DNA of 64,000 bases from Thermoanaerobaculia bacterium (GCA_963666565.1 OY762911.1:2022797-2086796); one strand, 5' to 3'. Shown: positions 53,560 through 63,180, numbered from the stretch's first letter. The notes: generated by a model not told the origin, from the letters alone. A program made the numbers and translations.

Positions 53560-54620
53560 ACCGGACCTCCAGGCGGAAGGTCGTCGTTCAGCTTCCCGCG
53601 ATCGCCAAGGCCGCGGCCTCGGTCGACACCCGCTACTCCTTCGAGCTCGAGGCGCTGCTTCCGGTGGCGGACCTGGTCGAGGTCGCCGCGACCTCGGAGG
53701 AGGAGTTCCTGGCCGAGGCGTCGGACGCGGCCGCCGTCATCACCTCCTGGGGCTTCCGCATCGGCCGCTCGGTGATCGCCGGTCTCGACGAGTGCATCGT
53801 CATCGGCGTCGGCAGCGTCGGCGTCGACATGGTCGACGTCGAGGCGGCGACGGAGGCGGGCATCGTCGTCACCAACGTCCCGGACGTGTTCATCGAGGAG
53901 GTGGCCGACCACACGATGGCGCTGCTCCTCGCCGGCGCGCGGCGGATGCGCGAGATGGACTCCATGGTCCGCCGCGGCGACTGGTTCCAGGGGCGGCCGC
54001 TGCTGAACGAGGTGCCGCGGCTGTGGGGCCAGACCCTGGGGCTCGTCTCGTTCGGCAACGTGGCTCGGGCGGTGGCGCGGCGGGCGAAGCCCTTCGGCAT
54101 CCACGTCATCGCGCACGACCCGTACGTCAGCGAGCTGAAGATGACGGGAGAGGGCGTCGAGCCGGTCAGTTTCGACGAACTTCTGGAGCGCTCCGACTAC
54201 CTCTCCATGCACGCGCCGCTCAACGCGGAGACCCGGCACATGCTCTCGGGGCCGGAGTTCGCGGCGATGAAGGAGACCGCGGTGGTGATCAACGCCGGCC
54301 GCGGACCGACGATCGACGAGGCGGCCATGATCGAAGCGCTCGAGTCGGGCGGCATCGCCGGCGCCGCCCTCGACGTGCTGGAACGGGAGCCGCCGGCCGA
54401 AGACAACCCGCTCCTCGGCATGGACAACGTGATCCTGACCCCGCACGTCGCCTCGGCGACGACGCGCATGAGGCCCGTGACCCGGCGCCGCGTGGGCCGC
54501 GAGGTCGCCCTGGCCCTCTCCGGCCGCTGGCCGATGAGCTGCGTCAACCCGACCGTGCTGCCGCGGGTCGAACTCGAACGCTGGCAGCCGGTGCCGATGG
54601 AGCGCGGCCCGAACCGCTGA
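53556..54620 (+). CDS. D-isomer-specific 2-hydroxyacid dehydrogenase family protein
   Basis: NAD-binding GLVSFGNVARAVA; catalytic R/E/H triad region; GTG start overlapping the upstream stop. Confidence 0.8.
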   Translation: MNRTSRRKVVVQLPAIAKAAASVDTRYSFELEALLPVADLVEVAATSEEEFLAEASDAAAVITSWGFRIGRSVIAGLDECIVIGVGSVGVDMVDVEAATEAGIVVTNVPDVFIEEVADHTMALLLAGARRMREMDSMVRRGDWFQGRPLLNEVPRLWGQTLGLVSFGNVARAVARRAKPFGIHVIAHDPYVSELKMTGEGVEPVSFDELLERSDYLSMHAPLNAETRHMLSGPEFAAMKETAVVINAGRGPTIDEAAMIEALESGGIAGAALDVLEREPPAEDNPLLGMDNVILTPHVASATTRMRPVTRRRVGREVALALSGRWPMSCVNPTVLPRVELERWQPVPMERGPNR

Positions 54621-54622
54621 CG

Positions 54623-55144
54623 CTACCCGGCCCGTTTCGGCGTGCTGAACCAGTCCAGCCGGCCGGAGTACGGCTCGATCTCGCTCCAGGACGCGACGTC
54701 GAGGTGTACGCAGGCCGCCGCCGCGGTGACGAACCGGGGCGGCTCGTCGCCGGTGAGCCGCCGGACCAGTTCCGCGCAGGTCGGCTGGTGGCCGACGATG
54801 AGGATCGAGTGCGCGTCGTCGGACTGCCCGCCGAGCAGGTCGATCGCGGCGCCCGGCGAGGCGAGGTAGAGCGCCGGTTCCAGGATCGTCGTGCGGTTCC
54901 AGTCCCCGGCGGCGACCGCCAGATCGATCGTCTGCCGTGTGCGCACCGCCGTCGAACAGAGGATTCGGTCGGGCACGGCCTGCCGCTCCGCGAACCGGCG
55001 GCCCATCTTCCGGGCCGCCTTGACGCCCCGGGCGTTCAGCGGCCGCTCGTGGTCGACCCCGCCGTAGGCGGCGGTCCAGTCCGACTTCGCATGCCGCAGC
55101 ACGTAGAGGACCCGCACCGGGCCACGGTAGCAGCGTTCGCGCAT
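54623..55144 (-). CDS. Histidine phosphatase family protein (SixA-like)
   Basis: LYVLRHAKS RHG motif; short phosphohistidine-phosphatase-like fold. Confidence 0.7.
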   Translation of the reverse strand: MRERCYRGPVRVLYVLRHAKSDWTAAYGGVDHERPLNARGVKAARKMGRRFAERQAVPDRILCSTAVRTRQTIDLAVAAGDWNRTTILEPALYLASPGAAIDLLGGQSDDAHSILIVGHQPTCAELVRRLTGDEPPRFVTAAAACVHLDVASWSEIEPYSGRLDWFSTPKRAG

Positions 55145-55177
55145 GGAACGGCTCGCTGCTCTCCCTCCGCCTCCGGC

Positions 55178-55215
55178 GGGAGCGGGTCAGAAGACCCGCG
55201 CACCCAGCCTGTGGC
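55178..55215. repeat. REP-like hairpin element
   Basis: GCGGGTCAGAAGACCCGCGCACCCAGCC in a divergent intergenic region. Confidence 0.5.
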
Positions 55216-55226
55216 ATTCTCCTGCC

Positions 55227-56762
55227 ATGCAGAGGGCGGATCGATGGTGGCGGGCCGAGTGGTTCGTCCTTCTCGGTTTGGCGGCAGCGGCGACGGCAGC
55301 GGCGCAGCCACCGCGCCAGCCGGCCGACTCCGCCGCGAATCCCAGCCTGGAGACCTTCGACTTCGCCTGGCAGAGGATCGCCGACACCTTCTGGGACGAA
55401 GACATGGCCGGCGTCGACTGGCACGCCGTGCGCGACGAGCTGCGGCCGCTCGCCCGCGACGCCGGCGGCGCCGACGAACTCCGGCCCGTGCTGCGGGACA
55501 TGCTCTCGCGGCTCGGCCAGTCCCACTTCGGCGTGCTGCCGGGGCCCGGTTCGGCGGCGAGCCGCGAGGGCTCGCCCGCCGGGTCGGGCGCCGGCGGCGG
55601 GGCGCTCCACGTCTGTACGCCCGCTCTCGCGCGCGCCGTGGCCGGCGGCGGCGGATCGCCCCTCTCCGACGCCGGCCCCGGCTTCGACTTCCGCTTCCTC
55701 GACTCGGCCGCCGTGGTCACCCGCGTCGAGCCCGGTTCCGCCGCGGAGCGCGCGGGCCTCGCCGCCGGCCTGGAGGTCGTGCGCGTCGGGGACCAGGACC
55801 TGGCGCCGCTGGCCCGCTGCCTGGGCCTCGAGTCCGCGGACGGGCCGGTCGCCGCGACGCTGCGCTCTCGAGTCGTGGAGGGCCTGCTGTACGGCCGCGC
55901 CGGCGAGCCGGTGACGGTCGAGTTCGCGGACCGCGACGGCAGCCGGCGCCTGCTCGAACTCGAGCGGCACCACCGCCCGGACGCGGTCGAGATCGCCTTC
56001 GGGAACCTGCCGCCGGTGCGCTATCGGTTCGAGAGCGAGGTCGTCGAGACCCCGGCGGGCCGCGTGCTGGCGGTGCGCTTCAACGTCTGGATGCTGCCCG
56101 TCGTGCAGGCCTTCGGCGCCGCCCTCTACGGCGACCCGCCCGCCGGCACGGCGCCGTTCGACGGCGTGCTCATCGATCTGCGCGGCAACCCGGGCGGCGT
56201 CGGCGGCACGGCCATCGGCGTCGCCGGCTACCTCCTGGACGAGCCGGCCGAACTGGGCCGGATGGTGAACCGGGGCAGCGACTTCCGCTTCCGGGTCACG
56301 CCGCGCCGATCGTCGAGCGGCGGTCGGAGATTGACGCCGTTCGCCGGCCCGGTGGCCGTGCTCGTCGACGGCGGCAGCGCCAGCACGAGCGAGATCTTCG
56401 CGGCCGGACTCCAGGATCACGGCCGCGCCCGCATCTTCGGCCAGCCGACGATGGCCGCGGCCCTTCCCTCGGTGATCGAGAGGATGCCGAACGGCGACCT
56501 GCTGATGCGGGCCGTCGCCGACTTCGTGCGCCCGAACGGCGAGCGGGTCGAGGGCCGGCCCATCGCGCCCGATTCACCCCATCCTCTGACCCGCGAGGGG
56601 CTGGCGGCGGGCCGGGACGAGCCGCGCGAGGCGGCCCTGGCCTGGATCGTCTCCGAATTGGACGGGACGGCGCCGCCGGCCGCCAGTCCCGGAGAGTCCG
56701 GGGCGGAAGGGCGCGGAGAGTCCAGTGCGGGCGGCCGCGGAGAGTCCGGGGCGGAAGGATAG
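55227..56762 (+). CDS. S41 family peptidase (C-terminal processing protease) with Gly/Glu/Ser repeat tail
   Basis: Signal peptide; PDZ-like region; IDLRGNPGG and VLVDGGSASTSEIFA catalytic motifs; C-terminal GESGAEGRGESSAGGRGESGAEG repeats. Confidence 0.75.
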   Translation: MQRADRWWRAEWFVLLGLAAAATAAAQPPRQPADSAANPSLETFDFAWQRIADTFWDEDMAGVDWHAVRDELRPLARDAGGADELRPVLRDMLSRLGQSHFGVLPGPGSAASREGSPAGSGAGGGALHVCTPALARAVAGGGGSPLSDAGPGFDFRFLDSAAVVTRVEPGSAAERAGLAAGLEVVRVGDQDLAPLARCLGLESADGPVAATLRSRVVEGLLYGRAGEPVTVEFADRDGSRRLLELERHHRPDAVEIAFGNLPPVRYRFESEVVETPAGRVLAVRFNVWMLPVVQAFGAALYGDPPAGTAPFDGVLIDLRGNPGGVGGTAIGVAGYLLDEPAELGRMVNRGSDFRFRVTPRRSSSGGRRLTPFAGPVAVLVDGGSASTSEIFAAGLQDHGRARIFGQPTMAAALPSVIERMPNGDLLMRAVADFVRPNGERVEGRPIAPDSPHPLTREGLAAGRDEPREAALAWIVSELDGTAPPAASPGESGAEGRGESSAGGRGESGAEG

Positions 56763-56768
56763 GCGCGG

Positions 56769-57362
56769 GTGGACTGGCGCCTCTGGAGCGACGGAGTCAG
56801 CCTCGGCCGGTTCGGCGACGAGGGCGCTCTGGGTCCGCCCTGGTTGTGGATCGTCGCCGGTCTGCTGTTGCTGTTCCTGGGGCGCCGGCTCTACACGGCG
56901 CTGATCGGCCTCGTCGGCTTCTTCGTCGTCTACGGCGTTCCCGAGGACGTGCTGACCCTGCCGGACGAGATGCGGCTGATGGTCGCCGTCGGCGTCGGCG
57001 TGCTGGCCGCGCTGCTCGCCTTCATCGTGCGCAAGGTGGCGGTGGCGCTCGCCGGGGCCCTCCTGGGCGCCGGCGCGGCGCTGTGGGCGATCAGCTTCTT
57101 CGGCGTCGAGTGGGAGGTCCTCTGGTGGATCGTGGTCGCGGTGGCCGCGGTGCTCGGCGCGCTCGTGCTGCGCGCCGTCTTCGAGACGGCGCTGATCGTC
57201 GTCTCGTCGTTCGTCGGCGCGCTGCTGATCATGGCGGCCACCGGCCTCGAAGGGCTGCCGGCCCACGTCGGCGTCGCGTTGCTGATCGTGGTCGGCGTGA
57301 CCTTCCAGTTGGGACGCCGGCGCGCCGCGGACAAGGACGCGAAGAAGAAGTCCGCCGGCTAG
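56769..57362 (+). CDS. Integral membrane protein (4-5 TM helices), hypothetical
   Basis: Strongly hydrophobic ORF with GTG start 7 nt after the peptidase stop. Confidence 0.5.
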   Translation: MDWRLWSDGVSLGRFGDEGALGPPWLWIVAGLLLLFLGRRLYTALIGLVGFFVVYGVPEDVLTLPDEMRLMVAVGVGVLAALLAFIVRKVAVALAGALLGAGAALWAISFFGVEWEVLWWIVVAVAAVLGALVLRAVFETALIVVSSFVGALLIMAATGLEGLPAHVGVALLIVVGVTFQLGRRRAADKDAKKKSAG

Positions 57363-58903
57363 CGGTTCGGCATCGTCACGGCGACCTTGCCGGCGCCGGC
57401 CGCGGCAACCGAACGGGCGGCGGCGGGCAGGAGCGCTGCCTGACCGGGGCGCAGGCGGACCTCGCCGGAGAGGTTGCCGACCTCGATGTCGCCTTCGAGA
57501 GCGAGGGCGATTCGCGGGCCATCGTCTCCCGGCAGCGGCGCCGCCGCGTGCTCCGCGACCTCGAGAATCTCCAGCCGGAAGTCTGCCACCGGCGGCGTGA
57601 AGCGGGTGCGCCGGCCCCAGGGCGGTTCCTCGACTTCGGTCTCCAGGCCGGGGTCTCCCAGTGTCCTGTAGTGGAGGATGTCGAGGAACGCGTCGGCGTC
57701 GACCGGCTTGGACGTCAGGCCGAAGCGGAGCACGTTGTCGGAGCTCGCCATGACCTCGACGCCCGAGCCCTCCAGGTAGCTGTGAGGCACGCCGGGTCCC
57801 GTGAACAGGACCTCGCCAGGTTCGAGGTGAACGAGCCGGAGGAACAGGGGCGCGACGACCAGCGGGTCTTCGGGATGGTGGTCGGCGATGCGGACGATCC
57901 AGCGCAGCGCCTCCCTGGTGGCGGCGCTGGCGTTGGCCAAGACGGTCACGGCGCGCCACGCGGCCGCGACGGCTCGCTCGGCGAGGCCGTTGCCCGCCGG
58001 CCCACGCAGCGCCGAGAGCAGACGCGCGTACGCGGCGGCGCCTTCCTTTCTCAAGTGCCGGACGTGCGGCCGGAGTTCGTCGAGGTTGAGAGCGGCCAGC
58101 AGCCGCGCGGCCTCCGCGGCCGGCCGGAATCCGGACATGGCCTCGAAAGGCGTCAGCGCGTAGATCAGCTCCGGCTTGTGGTTCGGATCGCGGTAGATGC
58201 GACCCTCGGCGGCAGACCCGCGCGCGCCGCCGTCCGTCTCGGCGGCGAAGCCTCGCTCCGCCTGCTCTCGGTCGGGATGGGCCTGGATCGACAGCGGCCG
58301 GTCGGCGGAGAGGATCTTCGTCAGGAAGGGCAGGGCGGCGCGGGCCTCCCCGGCTCCGCCGGCCCCGAGAATCTCCGCCGGGCGGCCGGCGATCAGGCGG
58401 TCGAAGGGAATCGCGCCGGGTCGGGAGGCGGCCGGCGCCTCGGCCCGTGCGGCGCCGCGTTCGCCGTCGGGGCCGTGGGGCCCGCCCCCGGAACCCGCTT
58501 CGAGGACGACGCTGGCGGGCGCGTCCGGGTGGGCGCCGAACCAGAGCTCGGCTTCCGGCTCGTCCGACGGCTCGCGGCCGAGCAGCCTGGGAATGAAGTC
58601 GCGGGTGCCCCAGTCGTAGCGGCGAACCCGGGGCAGCAGCCGCAACGGACGGTCGAGTGCGCCCGGTTCGACGCGGCCGCCCGCCGGGCCGCGGCTCGTC
58701 CGCTTCGGCGCCCTCTCCGGCCTGCCCGGACCGCTCACGTTCGCGCCCGCCCGAAGGTCCACGACCGGGCCTCCGCCTCGGTGTCGATGTCGCGCAGCGG
58801 CAGCGCCGAGTCCAGTTCGACCTGGGCGACCTGCCCGTCCAGACGGTTCAGGAGCGGCCGGGCGCCTCGGTCGCCGCGCAGCCGTTCCAGATCCCCGAAC
58901 CAC
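57359..58903 (-). CDS. manA: Mannose-6-phosphate isomerase class I (ManA); true start probably downstream of the ORF's first start
   Basis: RYDWGTRDF, ELWFGAHP, PLSIQAHPD, YRDPNHKPELIYALTPF, VMASSDNVLRFGLT match class I PMI; the N-terminal roughly 80 ORF residues are RG-rich and overlap the upstream gene. Confidence 0.7.
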   Translation of the reverse strand: MVRGSGTAARRPRRPAAPEPSGRAGRPGRTGLGAAAARHRHRGGGPVVDLRAGANVSGPGRPERAPKRTSRGPAGGRVEPGALDRPLRLLPRVRRYDWGTRDFIPRLLGREPSDEPEAELWFGAHPDAPASVVLEAGSGGGPHGPDGERGAARAEAPAASRPGAIPFDRLIAGRPAEILGAGGAGEARAALPFLTKILSADRPLSIQAHPDREQAERGFAAETDGGARGSAAEGRIYRDPNHKPELIYALTPFEAMSGFRPAAEAARLLAALNLDELRPHVRHLRKEGAAAYARLLSALRGPAGNGLAERAVAAAWRAVTVLANASAATREALRWIVRIADHHPEDPLVVAPLFLRLVHLEPGEVLFTGPGVPHSYLEGSGVEVMASSDNVLRFGLTSKPVDADAFLDILHYRTLGDPGLETEVEEPPWGRRTRFTPPVADFRLEILEVAEHAAAPLPGDDGPRIALALEGDIEVGNLSGEVRLRPGQAALLPAAARSVAAAGAGKVAVTMPNR

Positions 58904-59478
58904 CGCCGCCCGAAGGTGACCGGGGCGCCGCGGCGGCCCCGGAAGGCGGGCGCCACGATGGAGTCCGGCCCGCGGAACCCGCCGAGCAGCCGGTCGATGA
59001 CGGCGGCGTCGAGCCCCGGCTGGTCCGCCGGCAGGAACATCGCGCCGTCGGCCCGGTCCGACACGGCGGCCAGCCCCGCGCGCACCGAGCCGCTCTGGCC
59101 CTGCTCGTAGTCCGGGTTGTGGACCGCTCGCAGGTCGAGATCGGCAACCTCCGCTTCAACCTGGCGCCGCGCGTGGCCGGTGACGAGGACGACCTCCGCC
59201 AGCCCGGAAGCGAGCGCCGCGCGGCAGACGCGCCGAACGAGGCTCTCGCCGTCGATTCGGTAGAGCTGCTTCGGCTGTGCCGCGGCGCCGCCGTCCATTT
59301 CGGTACGGCGGCCCGTCCCGCCGCGGCGGTCCATGAGGCCACGGCTGTTCGTTCCGGCACGGCGGTCCGTGCCGGCGCCGGCGTCCGTTCCCGCACCGCC
59401 GGCGTTTCGGCCTCTTCCGGCGACGAACCGGGTCGACAGCCCGGCGGCGAGCACGACGCCTGAGACCCGCCCGGTCAT
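58735..59478 (-). CDS. MobA-like NTP transferase domain protein (molybdenum cofactor cytidylyltransferase MocA-like) with low-complexity insertion
   Basis: VVLAAGLSTRF and LPADQP motifs; start overlaps the XdhC stop; inserted AG(T/D)-rich repeat segment. Confidence 0.65.
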   Translation of the reverse strand: MTGRVSGVVLAAGLSTRFVAGRGRNAGGAGTDAGAGTDRRAGTNSRGLMDRRGGTGRRTEMDGGAAAQPKQLYRIDGESLVRRVCRAALASGLAEVVLVTGHARRQVEAEVADLDLRAVHNPDYEQGQSGSVRAGLAAVSDRADGAMFLPADQPGLDAAVIDRLLGGFRGPDSIVAPAFRGRRGAPVTFGRRWFGDLERLRGDRGARPLLNRLDGQVAQVELDSALPLRDIDTEAEARSWTFGRART

Positions 59479-60203
59479 CGCTTCCCGGCGGCCTGCCGGC
59501 CGTTTCGCACGGCGACCAGTTCCGCGGCGATGGCCATCGCGATCTCCTCGGGCCTGCGGCCGCCGAGGTCGAGGCCGATCGGCGCGTGGATCCGGTCGAT
59601 CAGTTCGTCCGGCAGGCCGGCCTCGCGAAGCGACGCGGCCCGCTTCGCGTGCGTGCGCGACGAGCCCAGGGCGCCGGCGTAGCGGACCCCGGCCTCCAGC
59701 GCGACCCGGAGCGCCGGGTTGTCCAGCTTCTCGTCGTGGGTGAGGAACACGCAGTACGCGTTGGCGTGGAGCGGCGCACGGGCCAGGTAGGCGGCCGGCC
59801 ACTCGACGACCAGTTCGTCGGCGTGGGGAAAGCGCTCGGCGGTGGCGAAGGCCGAGCGCGCATCGACGACCACCGTGCGGAACCCGAGCCGCCGCGCGAA
59901 GTGGACCAGATGGATCGCGACGTGGACCGCGCCGACGACGAACAGTTGCGGCAGCGGCTCGAACGTCTCGACGAACACCTCGACGCCCTCGATCTCGCGC
60001 AGGCCGGTGGCCGGCAGCGCGTCCGCGGTGGCCAGGTCGAGTGCTTCCCGGTCGAGGCCGGCGTCGTTCAGCGTCCCTTCCGCCCGGCCGTCCGTCCATG
60101 CCAGCAGGCGCGCTCCGAGTTCGGCGCCGTCGGCGCGGGTGAACGCGACCACGGGTTCGCCCGCGAGCAGCGACCGGCGGAGGGACTCGAACCGGGATTC
60201 CAT
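59475..60203 (-). CDS. XdhC/CoxI family molybdoenzyme maturation protein (Rossmann-like C-terminal domain)
   Basis: LFVVGAVHVAIHLVHFARRLGFRTVVVD; XdhC_C-like. Confidence 0.7.
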   Translation of the reverse strand: MESRFESLRRSLLAGEPVVAFTRADGAELGARLLAWTDGRAEGTLNDAGLDREALDLATADALPATGLREIEGVEVFVETFEPLPQLFVVGAVHVAIHLVHFARRLGFRTVVVDARSAFATAERFPHADELVVEWPAAYLARAPLHANAYCVFLTHDEKLDNPALRVALEAGVRYAGALGSSRTHAKRAASLREAGLPDELIDRIHAPIGLDLGGRRPEEIAMAIAAELVAVRNGRQAAGKR

Positions 60204-60229
60204 CGGTACGCGCGTCCGGCCGGCGGGCC

Positions 60230-60544
60230 TCAACCATCGATGCGTTCGACCAGCACCTCGACCTCGCCGCCGCAGGTCAGCCCGACGGACCATGCCTGCT
60301 CGTCCGAGATGCCGTAGCGGCGCCGCTTCGGCCGGCCGTCCTCCAGTACGGACTGCGCCTCCTCGATCACCGCGCCTTCGATGCAGCCGCCGCTGACCGA
60401 GCCGGCGATGCTCCCCGCGTCGGACACGGCCATCTTCGAGCCGAGGGGCCGGGGCGAGGAACCGACGGTGCGGATCACGGTCGCGACGGCCACGCGCCGG
60501 CCGTCCGCGCGCCAGCGATCCACGTCGCTGAGAATGTCCAGCAC
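60230..60544 (-). CDS. XdhC/CoxI N-terminal domain protein (separate ORF or frameshifted N-part of xdhC)
   Basis: VAVATVIRTVGSSPRPLGSKMAVSDAGSIAGSVSGGCIEG...GLTCGGEVEVLVERI; GTG start inferred. Confidence 0.4.
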   Translation of the reverse strand: MLDILSDVDRWRADGRRVAVATVIRTVGSSPRPLGSKMAVSDAGSIAGSVSGGCIEGAVIEEAQSVLEDGRPKRRRYGISDEQAWSVGLTCGGEVEVLVERIDG

Positions 60545-60592
60545 GGCGGCAAGTCTACCGCCAGAGGCGGAGGGGCGTAGACTCCGGGCTGG

Positions 60593-63007
60593 ATGAAGGG
60601 TGTCGATCGCAGGCCGGTGGCGTGGATGGCGCTCCTGTTGGCCGCCTGGGCGGGTACCCCGGCGGCGCGGGGGCAGGCCGGCGCCGAGGACTCCGGCGAC
60701 GCGGACGCGGACGAGACGCCGGCCGTGATGGAGACGCTGACCGTCGTCGCCGAGGCGCCGCGGACCTTCGCGACGAACGTGGTCGCCGAGCCGATGCTCG
60801 AGCAGCAGTCGGCGATCACCAGCGTCCTCGCCACGGTCGACAACCTGCCCGGCGTCTCGGTGCAGGAGGGCGACACCTACGGCTTCGACGCCTGGAGCAC
60901 CAGCATCACGATGCGCGGCTTCCAGCAGCTCCAGGACGAGTCGCAGATAGGCACCACGATCGACGGCATCCCGAACGGCACCTCCGACTACTGGAGCGGC
61001 GGCTCGAACGCGAACCGCTTCGTCGACTCGATCAACCTCGGCGGCGTCGACGTGTCGCAGGGCACGGCCGACATCGCATCGCGCTCGGTGGAGGCGCTGG
61101 GCGGCACGCTGAACTTCACCACCGACGCGCCCCTGCCGGAGCGGGCCTACACGCTGGAGCTCTCGTTCGGCGCCCACGACGGCCAGCGCCAGGCGATGCG
61201 GGTCGACACCGGGCCGCTGTTCGGCGGCGGTACGCTCGCCTGGTTCTCCGTTTCGCGCCGGCAGGCGACGGACTGGGTCCAGGGCGCGGCCCGCAACGAG
61301 CGCGAGCACGTCGCGGGCAAGGTCGAGTCGCGGGTCGGCCGGGTGGACCTCGTCGGCTACTTCTCGTACGACGACGCCCACGAAGAGGACTACGCGCGCC
61401 TCTTCTCGGAGGCCGAGTTCGAGAGCAACCCGCGCTGGGACCGGCTGATCGCCGACTGGACGGACACGCCCTGGGTCAACCAGGTCTACCGCCGCGGCTG
61501 GAAGACGCCGCGCGCCAACACGTTCGGCTACCTGAAGGCGAAGTTCGAGCCGAAGCCGGGCCTGACCTTCGACGCCGCCGGCTACTACCACCGGCTGAGC
61601 GGCATCGGCACCTGGCTGCCGCCGTATCTGCTCGACGTGACAGACGACGGCGGCGGCCCCGAGTCGGAGCTCGGCGGCGGCGCCGCGCCGCGCGGCGGAT
61701 CGCCCCTGGGCCGCCTGTACTTCGTGGATCCGAACGGCGTCGCCCTCGCCCCCGCGGCCGGCTGCGAGTCGTCGCTCGGCTTCCCGTACGGCGGCGGCGG
61801 TGCCGAGTACGACCCGGGCTGCTACCCGGCGAACGCGATTCCGGTGCAGACCCTCCGCATGGCGCACTACGGCAAGGAGCGCTTCGGCTTCTCGCTCGAC
61901 CAGGAGTGGCTGACCGCCATCGGCTCGTCCGGCCGGATCGGCAACACCCTGCGGGCCGGCGTCTGGCACGAGGACGCCCGCCGCCGCCTGGGCAGGGACT
62001 GGCACAAGGTGATCGACGCGCGGTTCAGCGTCCAGTGGGACCGGGCGCCGTACTGGCGGCAGTACGACTGGGACTTCCCGAAGCGGGTCTTCAAGTGGTA
62101 TGTCGAGGACACCGTGGACGCCGGCGACTTCGCCTTCACCGCCGGCGTGAAGCAGTTCCTCGTCGACCTGGAGCGGGTGGATCGGTTCGGCGCCACGGAC
62201 GCCTTCGCGGTGGACTCCGACTCGGAGATCCTGTTCTCCGGCGGCGTGACCTGGGACGCGCCCGTGGACGGCCTGGAGCTGTTCGCCGGCTACGCCGAGA
62301 ACTTCCGGGCGTTCTCGCCGCGGGTGCTGGAGGTGCCGGGCCGCAGCCTCGACGAACTCGAACCGGAGGCGGCCGCCAACGTCGACTTCGGCGTCCGCTT
62401 CGCCGGCGAGCGGCTGTCGATGACGGCGACCTGGTACGACATCGACTTCGACAACCGGGTCTTCTTCCTGTCGCCGCAGACGGCGGCGGGGCCGGACTAC
62501 GTCATCGCGGGCGGCGGCTCGTACTTCAACGCCGGCGGCATCGACTCGACCGGCATCGAGATCGCCGGCACGCTGCGGCTCGGCGAGGCGACCTCGCTCT
62601 ACGCCGCCTACACGCGGAACGACGCCGAGTACGCCGGCGCCGGCGACCCGCTGGTCGACGCGGCGCAGGGGATCGTGCCCGGCATGGCGGTCACCGGCGT
62701 GCCGGAGACGCTGCTCGTCGTGTCGCTCGACCACGCCGGCGAGGTCCTCTCCGCCGGCGCCTCGGCGAAGTACACGGACTCCCGCTCCGTGACCCTGGAC
62801 GAGTCCTGGATCGCTCCCGACTACTGGCTGGCGGACGCCTACCTGACCTTCGCCCTCGACGCCTTGCACGAGCGCCTCGCCGGCGCCGAGGTCTCCCTCG
62901 TCGCGAACAACCTGCTCGACGAGTCCTACCTGTCCACCATCAGCGCCCAGGGCGCGTTCCTGGGCGCGCCCCGCACCGTCTCGCTCAACCTGACCGTCTC
63001 CTTCTGA
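60593..63007 (+). CDS. TonB-dependent receptor
   Basis: Signal peptide; plug domain (ETLTVVAEA, SITMRGF); 22-strand barrel; terminal F. Confidence 0.8.
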   Translation: MKGVDRRPVAWMALLLAAWAGTPAARGQAGAEDSGDADADETPAVMETLTVVAEAPRTFATNVVAEPMLEQQSAITSVLATVDNLPGVSVQEGDTYGFDAWSTSITMRGFQQLQDESQIGTTIDGIPNGTSDYWSGGSNANRFVDSINLGGVDVSQGTADIASRSVEALGGTLNFTTDAPLPERAYTLELSFGAHDGQRQAMRVDTGPLFGGGTLAWFSVSRRQATDWVQGAARNEREHVAGKVESRVGRVDLVGYFSYDDAHEEDYARLFSEAEFESNPRWDRLIADWTDTPWVNQVYRRGWKTPRANTFGYLKAKFEPKPGLTFDAAGYYHRLSGIGTWLPPYLLDVTDDGGGPESELGGGAAPRGGSPLGRLYFVDPNGVALAPAAGCESSLGFPYGGGGAEYDPGCYPANAIPVQTLRMAHYGKERFGFSLDQEWLTAIGSSGRIGNTLRAGVWHEDARRRLGRDWHKVIDARFSVQWDRAPYWRQYDWDFPKRVFKWYVEDTVDAGDFAFTAGVKQFLVDLERVDRFGATDAFAVDSDSEILFSGGVTWDAPVDGLELFAGYAENFRAFSPRVLEVPGRSLDELEPEAAANVDFGVRFAGERLSMTATWYDIDFDNRVFFLSPQTAAGPDYVIAGGGSYFNAGGIDSTGIEIAGTLRLGEATSLYAAYTRNDAEYAGAGDPLVDAAQGIVPGMAVTGVPETLLVVSLDHAGEVLSAGASAKYTDSRSVTLDESWIAPDYWLADAYLTFALDALHERLAGAEVSLVANNLLDESYLSTISAQGAFLGAPRTVSLNLTVSF

Positions 63008-63045
63008 CTCGCCGGGTGCGCTGGGTGCGCGGGTCTTCCGACCCG
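63008..63045. repeat. REP-like hairpin element
   Basis: GCTGGGTGCGCGGGTCTTCCGACCCGCATCCGG. Confidence 0.55.
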
Positions 63046-63099
63046 CATCCGGGCCAAGCCGCGGAGCGGCGTCGGTCGCTGCCGCCCGGACGGGGAGCG

Positions 63100-63180
63100 G
63101 AGGGAGGGTCCCATCGGCCGCGGCATCCGGGCGTCCGCCAGCGGACGCCCGGGCTGCGACGCATGTGGCGCGGGGACGCG
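63100..63180. repeat. Two additional perfect palindromes (CCGGGCGTCCGC-CAG-CGGACGCCCGG and CATGTGGCGCG-GGGA-CGCGCCACATG)
   Basis: Stem-loops visible in a repeat-rich intergenic region. Confidence 0.5.

Noticed and set aside
53792-59110. 1772 aa plus-strand ORF covering several minus-strand genes (SixA, ManA, MocA region) and the S41 peptidase in another frame
   Set aside because: Low-complexity RRGG/PAR-rich translation; it overlaps multiple genes with clear homology on the other strand or frame; spurious open frame due to GC richness.
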